DNA of 45,472 nt from Callorhinchus milii (GCF_018977255.1 NW_024705428.1:1-45472); one strand, 5' to 3'; numbered from the stretch's first letter, positions 1 through 11,988 are shown. The notes: generated from the letters alone by a model not told the origin. Made by a program: numbers and translations.

Positions 1-1837
1 CGTGTTGCTAGCATCCGTGTCTAGCAAGAAGGGACTCGCAAAGTCGGATAGCGCAAGGGTGGGGCCCTACCAAGGCGTCCCGGAGGGAGCAGAATGCAGC
101 CTCCTCCTCCGGTCCCCATCGGAACTTCACTCCTTTCGCCGTTAGAGCGTGCAAGGGTTTTGCAATGGTGGCGAAGTGCTCAACGAATCGGCGATAAGAA
201 GCAAAACCGATGAAACTGCGCACGTCGAACTGACGTGGGCGTCGGCCACGAACTGACACAGTCCGTCTTCGCAGGATCGGTAGAAATCCCCGAAGAGTCG
301 ACAATGTGACCCAAGTATCTAACGGATTTACGAAAAAGGTGGCATTTGGCCGGTTTAAACTTTAATTTAGCCGATCGCATTCGCAAGAACACCCCTCTCA
401 ATCGCTGGAGGTGTTCTCAAACGTTTTACTGAAAACAATGACATCGTCAAGGTAAATGAGGCACGTATCCCATTGCAAGCCCGACAAAACCAATTCCATA
501 AGCGCTGAAACGTCGCAGGAGAGGAGTGAAGTCCCATGGGTAACCGGTTAAACTGAAACAGGCCCCCTGGAGTCCGAAATGCAGTCTTAGGCTTAGACTC
601 TTCGTCGAGTGGCAACTGCCAGAATCCGGATAATAAATCAAGAGTCGAAAAGTATCGCGCACCGGACAATGCGTCGAGGACTCGTCCATCCTGGGGAGCG
701 GATACGCGTCGGCCACAGAGATCTTATTCAGGCGCGGAAATCGACGCAAAATCGCAAGGACCCGTCCTGCTTTTTAACGAGCACAATAGGTGCTCCCCAA
801 GGACTGGAAGAAGGCGAAATAATGTCGGCTTCTAGCATATCGTTAACGGCCGACTGAACATGTTCCTTCTCAGCAGGACTCAGTCGGAAGGGATTTAGCC
901 TGACCGGTGCCGCATCGCCCGTTTCAATGTGGTGGCGTAGCAGGTCCGTGCACCCAATGTCATACTTATGTTTACTGAAGACATCCGAAAATTCAATCAG
1001 CAACCCGCGCAGCGCACCCAACTGTACCGCTGACAAATCGTCAGAGTCCGCGCACAGCGAATCGACCATTCGAGGTCCTCCTTTGGTTACGTTTTCGTGG
1101 GGCTCGGATCAGCCTGCGCAACCAGCCTCTTCCGCAGGGACCCGTGCCGCGTGAGCTAGCACGGTGCCCTGCTGAATGACGGCCGGCCGCGACCCAGCGT
1201 TTAAAACCATCACAAACGGATCCCTGTCAGCCCCAACCAAAGTGTGAGCCACCGACAAATCGAGACCTCCAACAGCCCTATTAGAAGGACCCAAAAGCAT
1301 GCCTGTTCCGAGGCCTCCTCACCCATGGTTTCCGCAACCGGAGGGGAATTAACATTTGTGAACCCGGGGGCACGTGCACGGTCTGTGTTGCTAACGCTTG
1401 TATCGTAGCGCACGCCGTCCGAATTTCAGTAGGGTTCGTCAAAAATGAAATACGGCGACCCGATGGTAGTTCAATGCAACGCTGATCAATGAGAATTTTG
1501 ATGGGCATTTTTGCCAAAAAATCAGTGCCCAATAGACAAGGAACCGCCAGGGAGGACGAAACGAAAACGGGTCCCGACAATTTGATATCTCCAATGCAAA
1601 TGGACGCCCTAATCTGACCGATAATGCCCAACGATCCCCCGTTAGCGGCGTAAAATGGCACATCCACCGGAAGAAGCGGACGACATTGTACGGGAGAATG
1701 TTATAAATGAGGTCCGATATAATAGTCGCCGATGCCCCCGTGTCCACTAACACCCTGACCTCGACCCCATCAATAGATCCGTAACGACGGATGAACCCGC
1801 TGAGGCAGCCACTATTCTGTGCCCCAACTCCGACCAT
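1..1837 (-). pseudogene. pol: Gypsy pol (aspartic protease + reverse transcriptase), frameshifted
   Basis: ORFs 1439-1837, 1281-1667, 728-1069, 447-749, 367-669, 180-401 and 8-304 tile one pol protein. Confidence 0.93.
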
Positions 1838-3255
1838 TTAATGTCTCCCCGGTCCCGGCCGAACCCCCCTCGCCGAACCGAATCCCCGAACCCTACTCGG
1901 CTCTCCTCCGCCGCAACGCGACGGCCCATGCGTGTCGAGTATGCGGGCCGAGCATGTGAGGTGCCGCGACTTGCCGGGGTTTGTAGGGATGACTTGGGGC
2001 CTTGTTCGTCGTCCAGCCGAGGTCCCATGGCGCGCTGACGTGGGGCGCGGCAACCGGAGGCCACGTGGCCCGGAGGCCGCAGTTATAACACGTGATGACA
2101 GTCGTCGGAGATCTCGGTTGCTCCAGCTTGCGGGCCGATCGCAGAGGCGAACGACCCCCGACCTCCAGTCCCCCGGTCGTCCCGCGATGAACGCCTCCTC
2201 TCGTGGGCTGACGACTTGGGGCGGTGACTACCGGGCCCGGAGCTGAGGCCACGGCAGCGTTGCAGACGACCCCCTGTTTACGTTGAAGGACCTCGTGCGC
2301 TTGTATACTTGTAGCGACCCGTAAGGAAGAAATATCGTCTCGTCGGCCGTGTTGATGGGGACCCCCAGGTCCTGCGCCAACTTGAGCAGTTGCTCCAAAA
2401 CCATCGCATCTTGGCCCTCCTCGTCCATACGAGGGAACGCGGCGTCGGCGAGAGCCAGCAACGCCGTGCGATAGGCGAGCACGGTCTCCGTGTCCGCCTT
2501 CCGCCTTGCATAAAAATGATGGCGACACGCCGAGGGAGGACCGTAGACCTTGGCCATGAGAGCCAGCGCATCCTTGAGCGTGGAGCGGTCCGACCTGCGT
2601 GCGGACGTGAAGGCCGCGAGCGCGTTGTCGTCCAGCATGGCAGGCAGTGCCCGCAGTGCCGTAGCGTCGGACCAGGCGGACATCTCCTGATGCGCCAAAA
2701 ACCTGCGCTGAAATTGGCCCAGTCCCCGCCTTCCGCCTTGAAGGCTGACAACGTGGGAAGGCGCTGTTGAAAGATGAAGTCGTCCTCCGCCTCGTGGTTC
2801 CTCTCCGCCGCCCCGTCGGTGTGTAAGATGGCGGCCCAGTGGCGGGTGTTGATGGCGGTCCGCAGCGCGCGTTGGTGACGTAAGCGGGCGCGCTTGGAGA
2901 ACCGCTGCCACGTGGTGGTGCCGTTCCCGCCAAAAGTCGGCGCAGATGAAATGGCGGGAATCGCCAAGTCATTTTGGCGGGAATCTGCGGGGCGACCCTG
3001 TAGAGTCCGCCGCCGTCCCCGCTCCTCCCGACGAGCTGATCTCCGCCAGGATGGACGCGGCGGCGAGCAGCAGCTCCGCCAGACGGGAGTGCGCCTCGCG
3101 GAGCACGGTAGGTCCCCCGTCGCTCGTCCGGCGCCGTCGGCGGATCCTGCAGCGTGGGCAATTCTTCGTCCTCACCCCCGATGCCAGCTGGCCCGAGTCG
3201 TCAAGGTTGTCCCGCGGTCAATCCCGTGGGTCCGACGGGTCTTCCTTGTATCCAT
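1838..3255 (-). pseudogene. gag: Gypsy gag, frameshifted
   Basis: ATG at 3255 just after the PBS; FKAEGGDW..F / WSDATALRALPAMLDD capsid-like segment similar to the gag at 44169; CCHC knuckle near 2050-2092. Confidence 0.85.
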
Positions 3256-3271
3256 GCTTGGAAGACCGTTT

Positions 3272-3285
3272 CACTTCTGACGCCA
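3272..3285 (-). promoter_or_regulatory. Primer-binding site (tRNA-Leu type) of element A
   Basis: Minus strand TGGCGTCAGAAGTG, 2 nt after the LTR end; complementary to the tRNA-Leu(CAA) 3' end ...CACTTCTGACACCA with one mismatch. Confidence 0.85.
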
Positions 3286-3287
3286 GT

Positions 3288-4058
3288 TGAAGTATTGGAA
3301 ATGACGGCAGGAACTTCTTGACGGGTAACACACTTTTATTAAATCTTGACGTGTCACAATACAACGTGTGGTCTCTATTCTTCTGACTATACACTCCACT
3401 TAACTCGTGTAGCTCTATGCCTCTGGCTACACACAATCACTTGACTCGTGTAGACCCTATGCCTCTGGCTACACACAATGCATTCGACTCGTGTAGACCC
3501 TATGCCTCTGGCTACACACAATGCATTCGACTCGTGTAGACCCTATGCCTATGGCTACACACAATGCATTCGACTCGTGTAGACCTATGCCTATGGCTAC
3601 ACACAATGCATTCGCCTCTGGGTTACACAGAGTCCCGGTCCCGTTAGGACAGCGGGACTAGGTACCGCAGGGCCCTATCTCTTCATCCCCGTCTTCATTC
3701 TTCGCTGGTTACATACTGCCCTTACGCCTGTGTGCATCCCCTTTTATAGCCCCTGCTCACGGGAGACGGAGCTGATGCGGACGTCGACGTGAGCATCGCT
3801 CCTTAGTTAACCAATGACGATGCGCTATCTCTACGATCCGTTTTCCCCAGCGCGTGTTACACTACTCAACCAATCACACCGCGCTGCCACCCGATCACTC
3901 CCTCTCAGCGCGTCACCGGCACACAGCCAATCAGCACCACGTAACCCACGACCCCGCGCTGACCCCTGATCCTTCACCGTCAGCGCGCGTCACCACATAC
4001 ACAGCCAATCACTACGCGCTGGCACACGATCCCTACCCCAGCGCGTATCACCACTACA
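3288..4058 (-). repeat. 5' LTR of element A (~770 bp) with an internal ~43-bp tandem array (3403-3615)
   Basis: Minus strand TGTAGTGG...ACTTCA termini; AATAAA near 3334-3339; five copies of ACTCGTGTAGACCCTATGCCTCTGGCTACACACAATGCATTCG; repeated CCAAT boxes at 3810-4012. Confidence 0.8.
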
Positions 4059-4452
4059 TATGTATAGATACCTCACATTCTACTCACCGCCGTCTTCAAA
4101 GTCCTCAGGCTGAGTATAATCAAATTTCTTGATTCTGCAACACCAATCATTTGGATAAAAGAAAAACAATGAAAGATCAATTCAGGAATAACTCACATTA
4201 CGTACATGGATTCACGGGCCCACTTGCTGTACTGCCAGGACACCAGTGCCACTGAATTACAATGACACAATGCAAAGCAAGTGCCATGGCAGTGCCTGTC
4301 AATCAATGACATTGACGCTGCATTGAAACTCGTCGTAATCGATGAACACGACTCCGGGCCAATCAACGAACATGAAGTGACACCAACTAACGGCCATGAC
4401 ACGGAGCCCGCCAACACTGTTCCAACTGATCCGATGTACCAATGTCATCAAT

Positions 4453-5085
4453 TACACTGTACACTACACTGTACACTACACTACTAAACACTACTATACA
4501 CTACACTACACAACTATACACTACACTACTATACACTACACTACTATATACTACACTATATACACTACACTATACACTACACTACTATATACACTACACT
4601 ATACACTACTATACACTACACTACTATATACTACACTACTATATACACTACACTATACACTACACTACTATATACACTACACTACTATACACTACTATAT
4701 ACACTACACTACTATATACACTACAGTATACACTACTATATACAACTACACTACTATACACTACACTACTATACACTACACTACTATATACTACACTACT
4801 ATATACACTACACTATACACTACACTATACACTACTATATACACTACACTATACACTACACTATACTACTATACACTACACAACTATACACTACACTACT
4901 ATACACTATACTACTACACTATACACTACTATACACACTATACTACTACACTACACCACACACTCGTGCTGTACTAGTACACTACTATACACTACACTAC
5001 TATACACTACACTACTTAACACTATACTACTATACACTATAATACACTACTATACACTACACTACACACACTCGTGCTGTACTAG
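4453..5085 (+). repeat. Low-complexity (TACAC/TACTA) microsatellite
   Basis: Direct inspection; the Y/T/H-rich ORFs are artefacts. Confidence 0.97.
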
Positions 5086-5848
5086 TGACGAATTGGCCAC
5101 GTTCTGTTCACGTGACCACCCCCTCACCAGTTGCTGTGTCGGGTGGTGGCGAGTTTAGCGACACAACATTTACACATTGACGCGATCTGCCCCCCCCCAA
5201 CAACAAACTCCCTCTCTGTTATGAATCAGCCCACAGAGCCACTCACGCACCTGAGTAACCTCGGCATGGCAATTGAAGTCTCACACCCCCCACCCCAATA
5301 CAACAACAACAACCACAAGCCACCAACGAGAAAAAAAACAAAAAAAAAACACGCGGATAAGAGCCGCGATGACGACGATAACAACAACGATGAGGGATTT
5401 CCCTCAAACGTGAGGGAAGTGAACGCTAACTTTGTATAACTGTGAAGTTGTATAAAGTTAAACTTTTGTCGATTAACGCGAATTAGCGAGTTTGGCGCGA
5501 AGCCAGATTTGCAAAGCGCGCGAGGGGGACAAAGCCGCTGATTCCTCGCAGCCAGTTTCGTCACGATGCAATAATAAAAACTTACGTATACAATATTGTA
5601 AGTATGGGTTTAATCTCGTTTAAAATGTGTACAATTAAATAATTTATTTATTAGGGGAAGGGAGGGAGGGGTGTTTTAAGATATAAATGTTGTGGATTGC
5701 GTCAAGGCAGAGATGATGGGTGAATGTGTTAGCGAATGCGGTAGGCGAATGATCGGTTGGCAGCGTCTTTTCCACGGGGGGTTGTGGGTCACGTGGTGTC
5801 ACCCCCCCCCCCCGGCTTTCGTGATTGGGTGGGTGAGTGGAGGGTGAA

Positions 5849-6100
5849 TTTTGACTTTAAACTTTAATAATCTTGGTTCTTACAGGTAAAGTCACGGAGA
5901 TGGAAAATAAATAATAAAAATAATAAAATAACATTTTAATTAAAAATAATAAGTTTGAAGTCTAAATAATAAATTGGGTGTTTTGCTTTTATTATTTTTT
6001 AATTAATGATACTTTTAAATTTTTTTACTTTATATCTTCGTGACTTTACAAAAAGAACCAAAAATTTGAATTCCTGCAGTCACGAAAGTTTAAGTCAAAA
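5849..6100. repeat. Fold-back AT-rich repeat (PLE pLTR-tail family, no ribozyme core)
   Basis: TTGGTTCTTACAGGTAAAGTCACG ... CGTGACTTTACAAAAAGAACCAA in inverted orientation, outer TTTTGACTT/AAGTCAAAA. Confidence 0.8.
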
Positions 6101-6366
6101 TTTAATACGACTTTGCATTTACCATTCTATTAATTGAACGTTGCCTTGCAGTGAAACTCGGTTCATAACTCACAAAGGCAGAATCATATTTGTCAGTGTT
6201 CACAAGAGCCCATGAACTCAGTAGAGACCCACAGGTGACAGCGCGTGGCGACACCGACACACACAAAGCGCGCGTCTGGGGGGACATCTCCCACTGCTGC
6301 TGCAGTGGCCACCTCCATCAGCCGCACTGCTCTCGGTGCCTGAGCTGGACTCACTTTACACCGCTG

Positions 6367-6928
6367 GGAACCTCCTGGTTACACCAGCCCACAGGGGATT
6401 GTTGTGTCCGTCCGTCCGTCGTGCATAAAAAAATGGGAGGGGTGGGGCTGGGTGGAGAGGGGAGGGGTTGGGTGAGGAGGGGCTGGGTGGGGAGGGTGGG
6501 GCTGGGTGGGGAGGGGCTGGGTGGGGCTGGGTGGGGAGGGTGGGGCTGGGTGGGGAGGGGCTGGGTGGGGAGGGTGAGGAGGGGCTGGGTGGGGAGGGTG
6601 AGGAGGGGCTGGGTGGGGAGGGTGGGGCTGGGTGGGGAGGGGCTGGGTGGGGAGGGTGAGGAGGGGCTGGGTGGGGAGGGTGAGGAGGGGCTGGGTGAGG
6701 AGGGGCTGGGTGGGGAGGGTGAGGAGGGGCTGGGTGGGGAGAGTGAGGAGGGGCTGGGTGAGGAGGGGCTGGGTGGGGAGGGTGAGGAGGGGCTGGGTGG
6801 GGAGAGTGAGGAGGGGCTGGGTGGAGAGGGGAGGGGCTGGGTGGGGAGGGTGAGGTGGGGCTGGGTGGGGAGGGTGAGGAGGGGCTGGGTGGGGAGGGTG
6901 GGGAGGAGCTGGTCCCCCCGTGGTGCCC
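6367..6928 (+). repeat. Interspersed element with G-rich GGGGCTGGGTGGGGAGGGTGAGGA minisatellite, copy 1
   Basis: Unique flanks (CCAGCCCACAGGGGATT..GTCCGTCCGTCGTGCAT; GGTGCCCT) are shared with 42707-43037. Confidence 0.9.
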
Positions 6929-7243
6929 TCTGCACGCGAGTGAGTAGCACCGCCCTGAGCGCGCCGTGTCAGTGCAACATCCACGTGGGCGCTGCGGGGA
7001 GGGAGTCAGCGCACGTGGTGGGGTGTGAGCGCGGTGAGGGAGGGAGAACGGGGAGAGAGACAGGGAGAGGGTGGAGGAGAGAGATGGGGGGGGAGATGTG
7101 GTGGGAAATGACTTTGACACAGTCGATTGGGCATCTGTAATTGGGTGCTCATCATCAAGTTCTGATTGAGTGGTGGAAAGTCCACGTTCATATGGCGGAG
7201 GCGAGTCGATCCAGATTTCGGAGATTTTAAATATCGTGGCTTA

Positions 7244-7259
7244 CAGCGCCGCCTGGTGG
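7244..7259 (-). promoter_or_regulatory. Candidate CTCF site
   Basis: CCACCAGGCGGCGCTG closely matches the CTCF core consensus; motif only. Confidence 0.35.
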
Positions 7260-7394
7260 AACGAAAGGGCATCGCAAACATCCTCCAGCGAATATCTTAA
7301 TTTGGAGCTTTCGTGACTGCAGGAATGACTCTTTGGTTCTTTCGGTAAAGTCACGTATAAAGATAAAATAATAAATTAAAAAATAGCATATTAC

Positions 7395-7432
7395 GACGTT
7401 TCGATTGCAACACAAGCAATCATCATCATCAG
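7395..7432 (-). ncRNA. Minimal type I hammerhead ribozyme motif 1
   Basis: CTGATGA-tgat-GATTGC-ttgtgtt-GCAATC-GAAACGTC; extra GAT between core and helix II. Confidence 0.65.
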
Positions 7433-8243
7433 GTATAAAAGAAATAAAAAATCTAACCAGAAAACTATAGACAGACATATAAGCAGACAGATATGACAAA
7501 GACACACAGAGAGAGAGAACACGTATCGGCACAAAGAGAGAGGTCGTCTCTGTGACGGGGCCTTAAATATAGAGAGGGGGGCGGGGGCGGAGAGAGGGAG
7601 GGGGCAGAGAAAAAATTAGCATGTCAATGAGTAGGAAGACGGATGGTAAAGTACGCAGGCTTGAAAATTAGGAGAACGGGAGACACACTAAATTTAAATA
7701 ACCTAGTAAAATATCGAAATGTAATGCAACACAGAGAGTCGGTCAACACACAATGAACGCATAGCCCGGTTGATTACGTATTTCAAAGATTGCTAAGTTA
7801 GAATTTAAGTGTGAAAATTCCAGAGAGGACCCAGGCAGAGATAACTTAAATTCTAACTTAGCAATCTTTGAAATACGTAATCAACCGGGCTATGCATTGT
7901 GTGTTGACCGACTCTCTGTGTTGCATTACATTATATTTCGATATTTTACTAGGTTATTTAATTTTAGTGTGTCTTTCTCCTGATTTTCAAGCTTGCGTTG
8001 CCGTGCCGTGTCGTCATCTTACTTGCAGCATCACGTTGCCGTCCACTCATTGACATGCTCATTTTTTCTCTGCCCCCTCCCTCTCTCCGCCCCCGCCCCT
8101 CTCTCTATATTTAAGGCCCCGTCACAGAGACGACCTCTCTCTTTGTGCCGATACGTGTTCTCTCTGTGTCCTTGTGATGTCTGTCTGCTTGTGTGTCTGT
8201 CTATAGTTTTCTAGTTAGATTTTTGTTGCTATTTCTTTTATGC

Positions 8244-8278
8244 CTGATGATGATTGCTTGTGTTGCAATCGAAACGTC
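8244..8278 (+). ncRNA. Minimal type I hammerhead ribozyme motif 2
   Basis: CTGATGA-t-GATTGC-ttgtgtt-GCAATC-GAAACGTC. Confidence 0.75.
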
Positions 8279-8344
8279 GTAATATGCTATTATTTAATTT
8301 ATTATTTTATCTTTAGACGTGACTTAACCGAAAGAACCAAGGAA

Positions 8345-8455
8345 TATGCACTGTCCTTGAAGTTGATTGGTCCACACCCGAGACAGCTTTCCTTAGAGCC
8401 CAGTCTCACCCTGGTGGTGTTGGACACCAGACGACGCCACAAGGCGCAGTTCAAC
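8345..8455 (-). repeat. Fragment of the interspersed repeat also found around the LPAR exon (40870-41850)
   Basis: TATGCACTGTCCTTGAAGTTGATTGGTCCACACCCGAGACAGCTTTCCTTAGAGCC is near-identical to 41635-41690. Confidence 0.85.
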
Positions 8456-8704
8456 GACGACGACCACGTGGCGGTGACGCGCGCCTGTAACCCGGCAGCG
8501 CTGTGACGAGCGCGGGGCTTGGCCTGGTCGCACACATGTCGTGAAAGTGTCGTCGCTTGGACGCCGAGGTGCCGTGCCCTGCACGGCCAGGAGAGGGCGC
8601 TAGAGCGAGCGTGGACTCTGACAGTGTCCGTGTGTGTGGCGTAGATCGGTGACCCCCCCACCCCTCGCACCACTCCCAAATGTAAACGCTCGTGACGGTG
8701 TACA

Positions 8705-8733
8705 GGGCGTGGGTTCGAATCCCGATCCTGACG
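8705..8733 (+). pseudogene. tRNA-Leu-like 3' half (B-box/T-arm) fragment
   Basis: GGCGTGGGTTCGAATCCCGATCCTGAC resembles the tRNA-Leu(CAG) 3' end; no 5' half found. Confidence 0.5.
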
Positions 8734-9773
8734 CCTGTAGAGTTGGAGTTTGTCAGCTCTCACCCCCCCACCACCCCCCCCCACCACCCCCCCCACCACA
8801 CTGATTGATCACACACACACTGACCCCTCTCCCTGACCCCTGACCCCTCTCCCTGACCCCTCCCCCTGACCCCTCCCCCTGACCCCTCCCCCATGAGTTG
8901 GTAGTGGCTGTGGTTGTTGTTGTTGCTGATCGTGATGTCCACCGGGCGAGAGCGAGTTGGGGGACAATGTTGGGGTCACATTCAGAATTAAAGGTCACGC
9001 GCGTTTCGAGTATTTCAGCTGCTGCTGCTGCCAATCTCCCACGTGATGCTGTTGGGGCCACGTGGTCGAGACATCATTTGCGATGTTCCAGGTCGCTTCT
9101 GATTTCAAAAAAGAAGCTAAGTGGCTCAGTGGGGGCCTTACTTGGTACAAGTAAAAGTTGTGTTTCCTTGTCGATGAAACCACATCGGGTGACTGCAAAG
9201 AAAGGATTTGTTTAGACATTTGTGTTACTATTGCAGCCACATCTCTGGACAGCGACCTCTCTCTCTGTGTGTGTGTGAGCAGCTGACAAGATCTCTAGGG
9301 CGGTCGGGAGATATTCTTGATGTGTGTCTATACCACAAACAACAAAGACCCCCCGTGTAGCCTGCAACAGGCTGTAGGGGCAAGTGCTGTGAGTAGTAGC
9401 AGCACCTATGAAGGCTACCGGCGCTGTGGCACACGAGGGGTGGGTGGCTACCAGCACCACGCCCGGCCGCCTTTGTCTCCCCGGTGCTAGCGATGTTTGT
9501 ACATGCCACTCATTTGACGCCAGGACCAGTGTTGGGAATTGAACTTTCGGCCATTCGACGTATCCCCAAACTATCGCTTAGAGGCTTAGAGACTATGGGG
9601 TGGCGGTAATAGCGCAACCCATGACGATCCGCAGGGCGCGTTAAGTGACGCGGACACACACTCGGGGCGACGCGTTAACCAACGGACAAACCTCTTTTAA
9701 TTCGACGTTCGGTAAAGTCACGTAGAAGGGAAATAATAAAATAATATAAATATAAAACAATAAAAATTCTCAC

Positions 9774-9808
9774 AACGTTTCGACTGCAACACAAGCAATC
9801 ATCATCAG
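9774..9808 (-). ncRNA. Minimal type I hammerhead ribozyme motif 3
   Basis: CTGATGA-t-GATTGC-ttgtgtt-GCAGTC-GAAACGTT, followed by the family tail CTACGTGACTTTACCGAA. Confidence 0.7.
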
Positions 9809-10790
9809 GTGTGAAATCCACAGCAAGAAAATTTGAATTTTTTTTTTTAAACACAAACAACTCCCATCGTTGGGATATCGACACTTTTTTCCCCCACCCG
9901 TGTCTCCCCTTAACGTCTCTTTGTGCAAGGGTAACCAGGAGAGATCTAAGCATACGGAACTCAAAACGACAACAGAAATCCAGTTGCTAATCAGCACTAC
10001 GTACATTACCTAGGATGTTATATTGTAGAGAGTTGGAAACACCCAACTGCGAGGTTGAGTTCAAGTCGTGTTAGGGTCACGGACTGCGCCTCATCAGCAG
10101 GATCATCATCATCAGCAGCAGCAAAATCCTCATCAACGTCAAGAGCAGCAGCATTGGTGTCATCACTACCGTCCGTGCCTCTGGGGTTGCTGAAACGAGC
10201 AGGACATTGTCAGCCTGTACCACGTGGTGCATACACATCACCAGCGGCTGTCCCACTGAACCAGGTCCCCCGCCGCAGGAATGTGGAATGTCCATCTCCG
10301 GCACTGGACGATGTGGAGCGCTGCTTGTGGCTGTCAAAGTGCCGCCGTCTGCTGGGCGCTGTTACGACTGCCAGAGAAAGGCGTTTGCGGTCAAGTTTAC
10401 CGAATATAAAATTGGCACATTGTTTAAAACAATTACATGTCATTGTTTCAGTAATAATGGGTTATGATAGTATTTCAGTATGAGCTGGATAAAAGCACGT
10501 TTTGCATGCAAGTCCATCCAAAGTGCACTTGTATCAGGTGCCCTGTGAATATCTCCACCAGTGAAATGTTGCTTATATCAGAACTGTGCTTACATCCAGC
10601 TTATTGCATATAAGTGTGCCAGAGCAAGCAATGATTTCGAACGTAGCGAGGGACGAAATGATCAATCAGAAGATTTGAGAATTAAAACCAAGACACCAGA
10701 TGCAAATTACAGTGACACATAAAATGAATGGACTTAAGCAGGGCACCACCAGGTTGTGTAACGTCGGCTTTCGCGACCAATATTATTCAC

Positions 10791-10825
10791 CTGAAGACGG
10801 CCGCTTGCGTTGTGGCCGAAACGTC
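10791..10825 (+). ncRNA. Minimal type I hammerhead ribozyme motif 4
   Basis: TCAC-CTGAAGA-c-GGCCGC-ttgcgtt-GTGGCC-GAAACGTC-GTGA; helix I TCAC/GTGA. Confidence 0.78.
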
Positions 10826-10908
10826 GTGACAATTGTATCTCATTAACATAATCTATCTGAGTTACAGAGCCGCTCCTTGTGGGAGGGGACTGCCTGGTAC
10901 CCCGCGAG

Positions 10909-10990
10909 TGACGTCATGTCACCTGCTGCTGCTGCCGCGTGACGTCATGTCACCTGCTGCTGCCGCGTGACGTCACGAGGTAACGGAAAG
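10909..10990 (+). promoter_or_regulatory. Candidate promoter with three tandem perfect CRE sites and an ETS-like site
   Basis: TGACGTCA at 10909, 10940 and 10968 within a ~30-bp tandem repeat; CGGAA at ~10984; splice donor GAG/GTGAGA at ~11021. Confidence 0.55.
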
Positions 10991-11904
10991 GTGCCGCTCC
11001 GCGCGGGAACTGAAATCTGAGGTGAGAAATTCTCGTGGCGGTTGTTGTTGTGGTGGTGGTTGTTGTTGTGGTTGTTGTTGTGGTTGTTGTTGTTTACCAA
11101 GCTAGAGCCTCGCTCTCTCTCTCGTAGGGATGTCACTAGAGCAGCAGCAGCTTGTGAATCGATGTCCAAGTTGGAACTTTACAACGCGGGGCCTAGACAC
11201 GCGGGGCCTTGCCTCCTGCCCTCGCCTGGTCGCGTTTGCTTTAATTCCCTCCCTTAAGTTTAATTTGTCTTCACGCGGCTCGCTACTTTGTCACTTTGGT
11301 TTATTGTAGATATTAACGCAGTTTTTTTTTCGTTTTTTTACCAGCCCAAGCCCGCTTGAGCTGCTGTACCGCTCTTGTTTACAGAAGCTACCTGCCCACA
11401 ACAACAACAAGGTGGGTGGGTGGGGTTTTGTCAACGCGTGTGTCAATGTTTTGACTTAAAACTTTCGTAACTGCAGCAATTCATATTCTTGATTATTTCT
11501 GTAAAGTCACGGAGATAGAAAATAAAATAACAGATCAAAATATGAAATTAAATAAAAAATTGAAAATAAAGCAAAAAAACCCACGTTTTGACCGCAACAC
11601 AAGTGGTCTTTGTTTATTTCCATTATCTGTTATTTGTATTTGCTATCTACGTGACTTTAGAACCAAGACTACGTGTGTCAATGTCTGTCAAACACGCTGA
11701 GCGCGTGCTCATGTTGACTCTAAATGTGGAGGGGACAACCCCTGCTGCTGTTGACCATGGCAGTGTGTGTGCCAGAGTCAAGTCTGTTCACTCTGTTGAA
11801 CACGCACGTTATATCAAAACAATATTACATCTTCTGGGTTCTTTCGGTAAAGTCACGTAGAAGGGAAATAATAAAATAATAAAACATAATAAAATAATTC
11901 TGAC

Positions 11905-11939
11905 GACGTTTCGGCCACAACGCAAGCAGCCGTCCTCAG
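11905..11939 (-). ncRNA. Minimal type I hammerhead ribozyme motif 5
   Basis: CTGAGGA-c-GGCTGC-ttgcgtt-GTGGCC-GAAACGTC. Confidence 0.72.
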
Positions 11940-11988
11940 GTGAAAACCAGGTCTGACAGACCTGGTTTTCTGACAGACCTGTTTTCAC

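Larger units (their letters stand above)
1..4058 (-). mobile_element. Ty3/Gypsy LTR retrotransposon A (5' LTR, PBS, gag, protease, RT, start of RNase H), runs off the left edge
   Basis: Minus-strand ORF pieces give gag, a zinc knuckle (CYNCGLR-GH..C), protease VLVDTGAS, RT motifs (SPWGAPIVLVKK, RFCVD, YFSTLDLLSGFWQ, RLPMGL, YLGHIV) in Gypsy order, with many frameshifts. Confidence 0.95.
7333..8340. repeat. ~1 kb inverted repeat (arms 7333-7810 and 7844-8340, 33-nt spacer): head-to-head PLE pLTR-like copies
   Basis: Arms are reverse complements along their length (e.g. GATTGCTAAGTTAGAATTTAAGT / ACTTAAATTCTAACTTAGCAATC); each has a hammerhead motif near its outer end. Confidence 0.93.

Noticed and set aside
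1893..3161. 422-aa minus-strand ORF as an intact gag or extra gene
   Set aside because: Mostly an off-frame reading of GC-rich gag; the real gag motifs are spread over three frames
3403..3615. 43-bp repeats as a CRISPR-like or independent array
   Set aside because: Head-to-tail tandem copies without unique spacers, inside the LTR of element A
4396..5158. Long Tyr/Thr/His-rich ORFs (and similar ORFs at 6190-7140, 16429-17619, 18701-19918, 23269-23625, 25688-26516)
   Set aside because: Translations of microsatellites that lack stop codons
5461..5830. E2F site (TTTGGCGCG at 5491), E-box and CCAAT as a promoter
   Set aside because: Short motifs with no supportable downstream exon
6435..6910. 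Immunoglobulin switch-region-like GGGCT repeats
   Set aside because: AGCT hotspots are essentially absent, there are no Ig or VLR/LRR cassettes in the window, and the array is part of a dispersed repeat
9520..9600. tRNA-like sequence on the minus strand (AGTTCAATTCC B-box-like)
   Set aside because: No convincing cloverleaf or A-box
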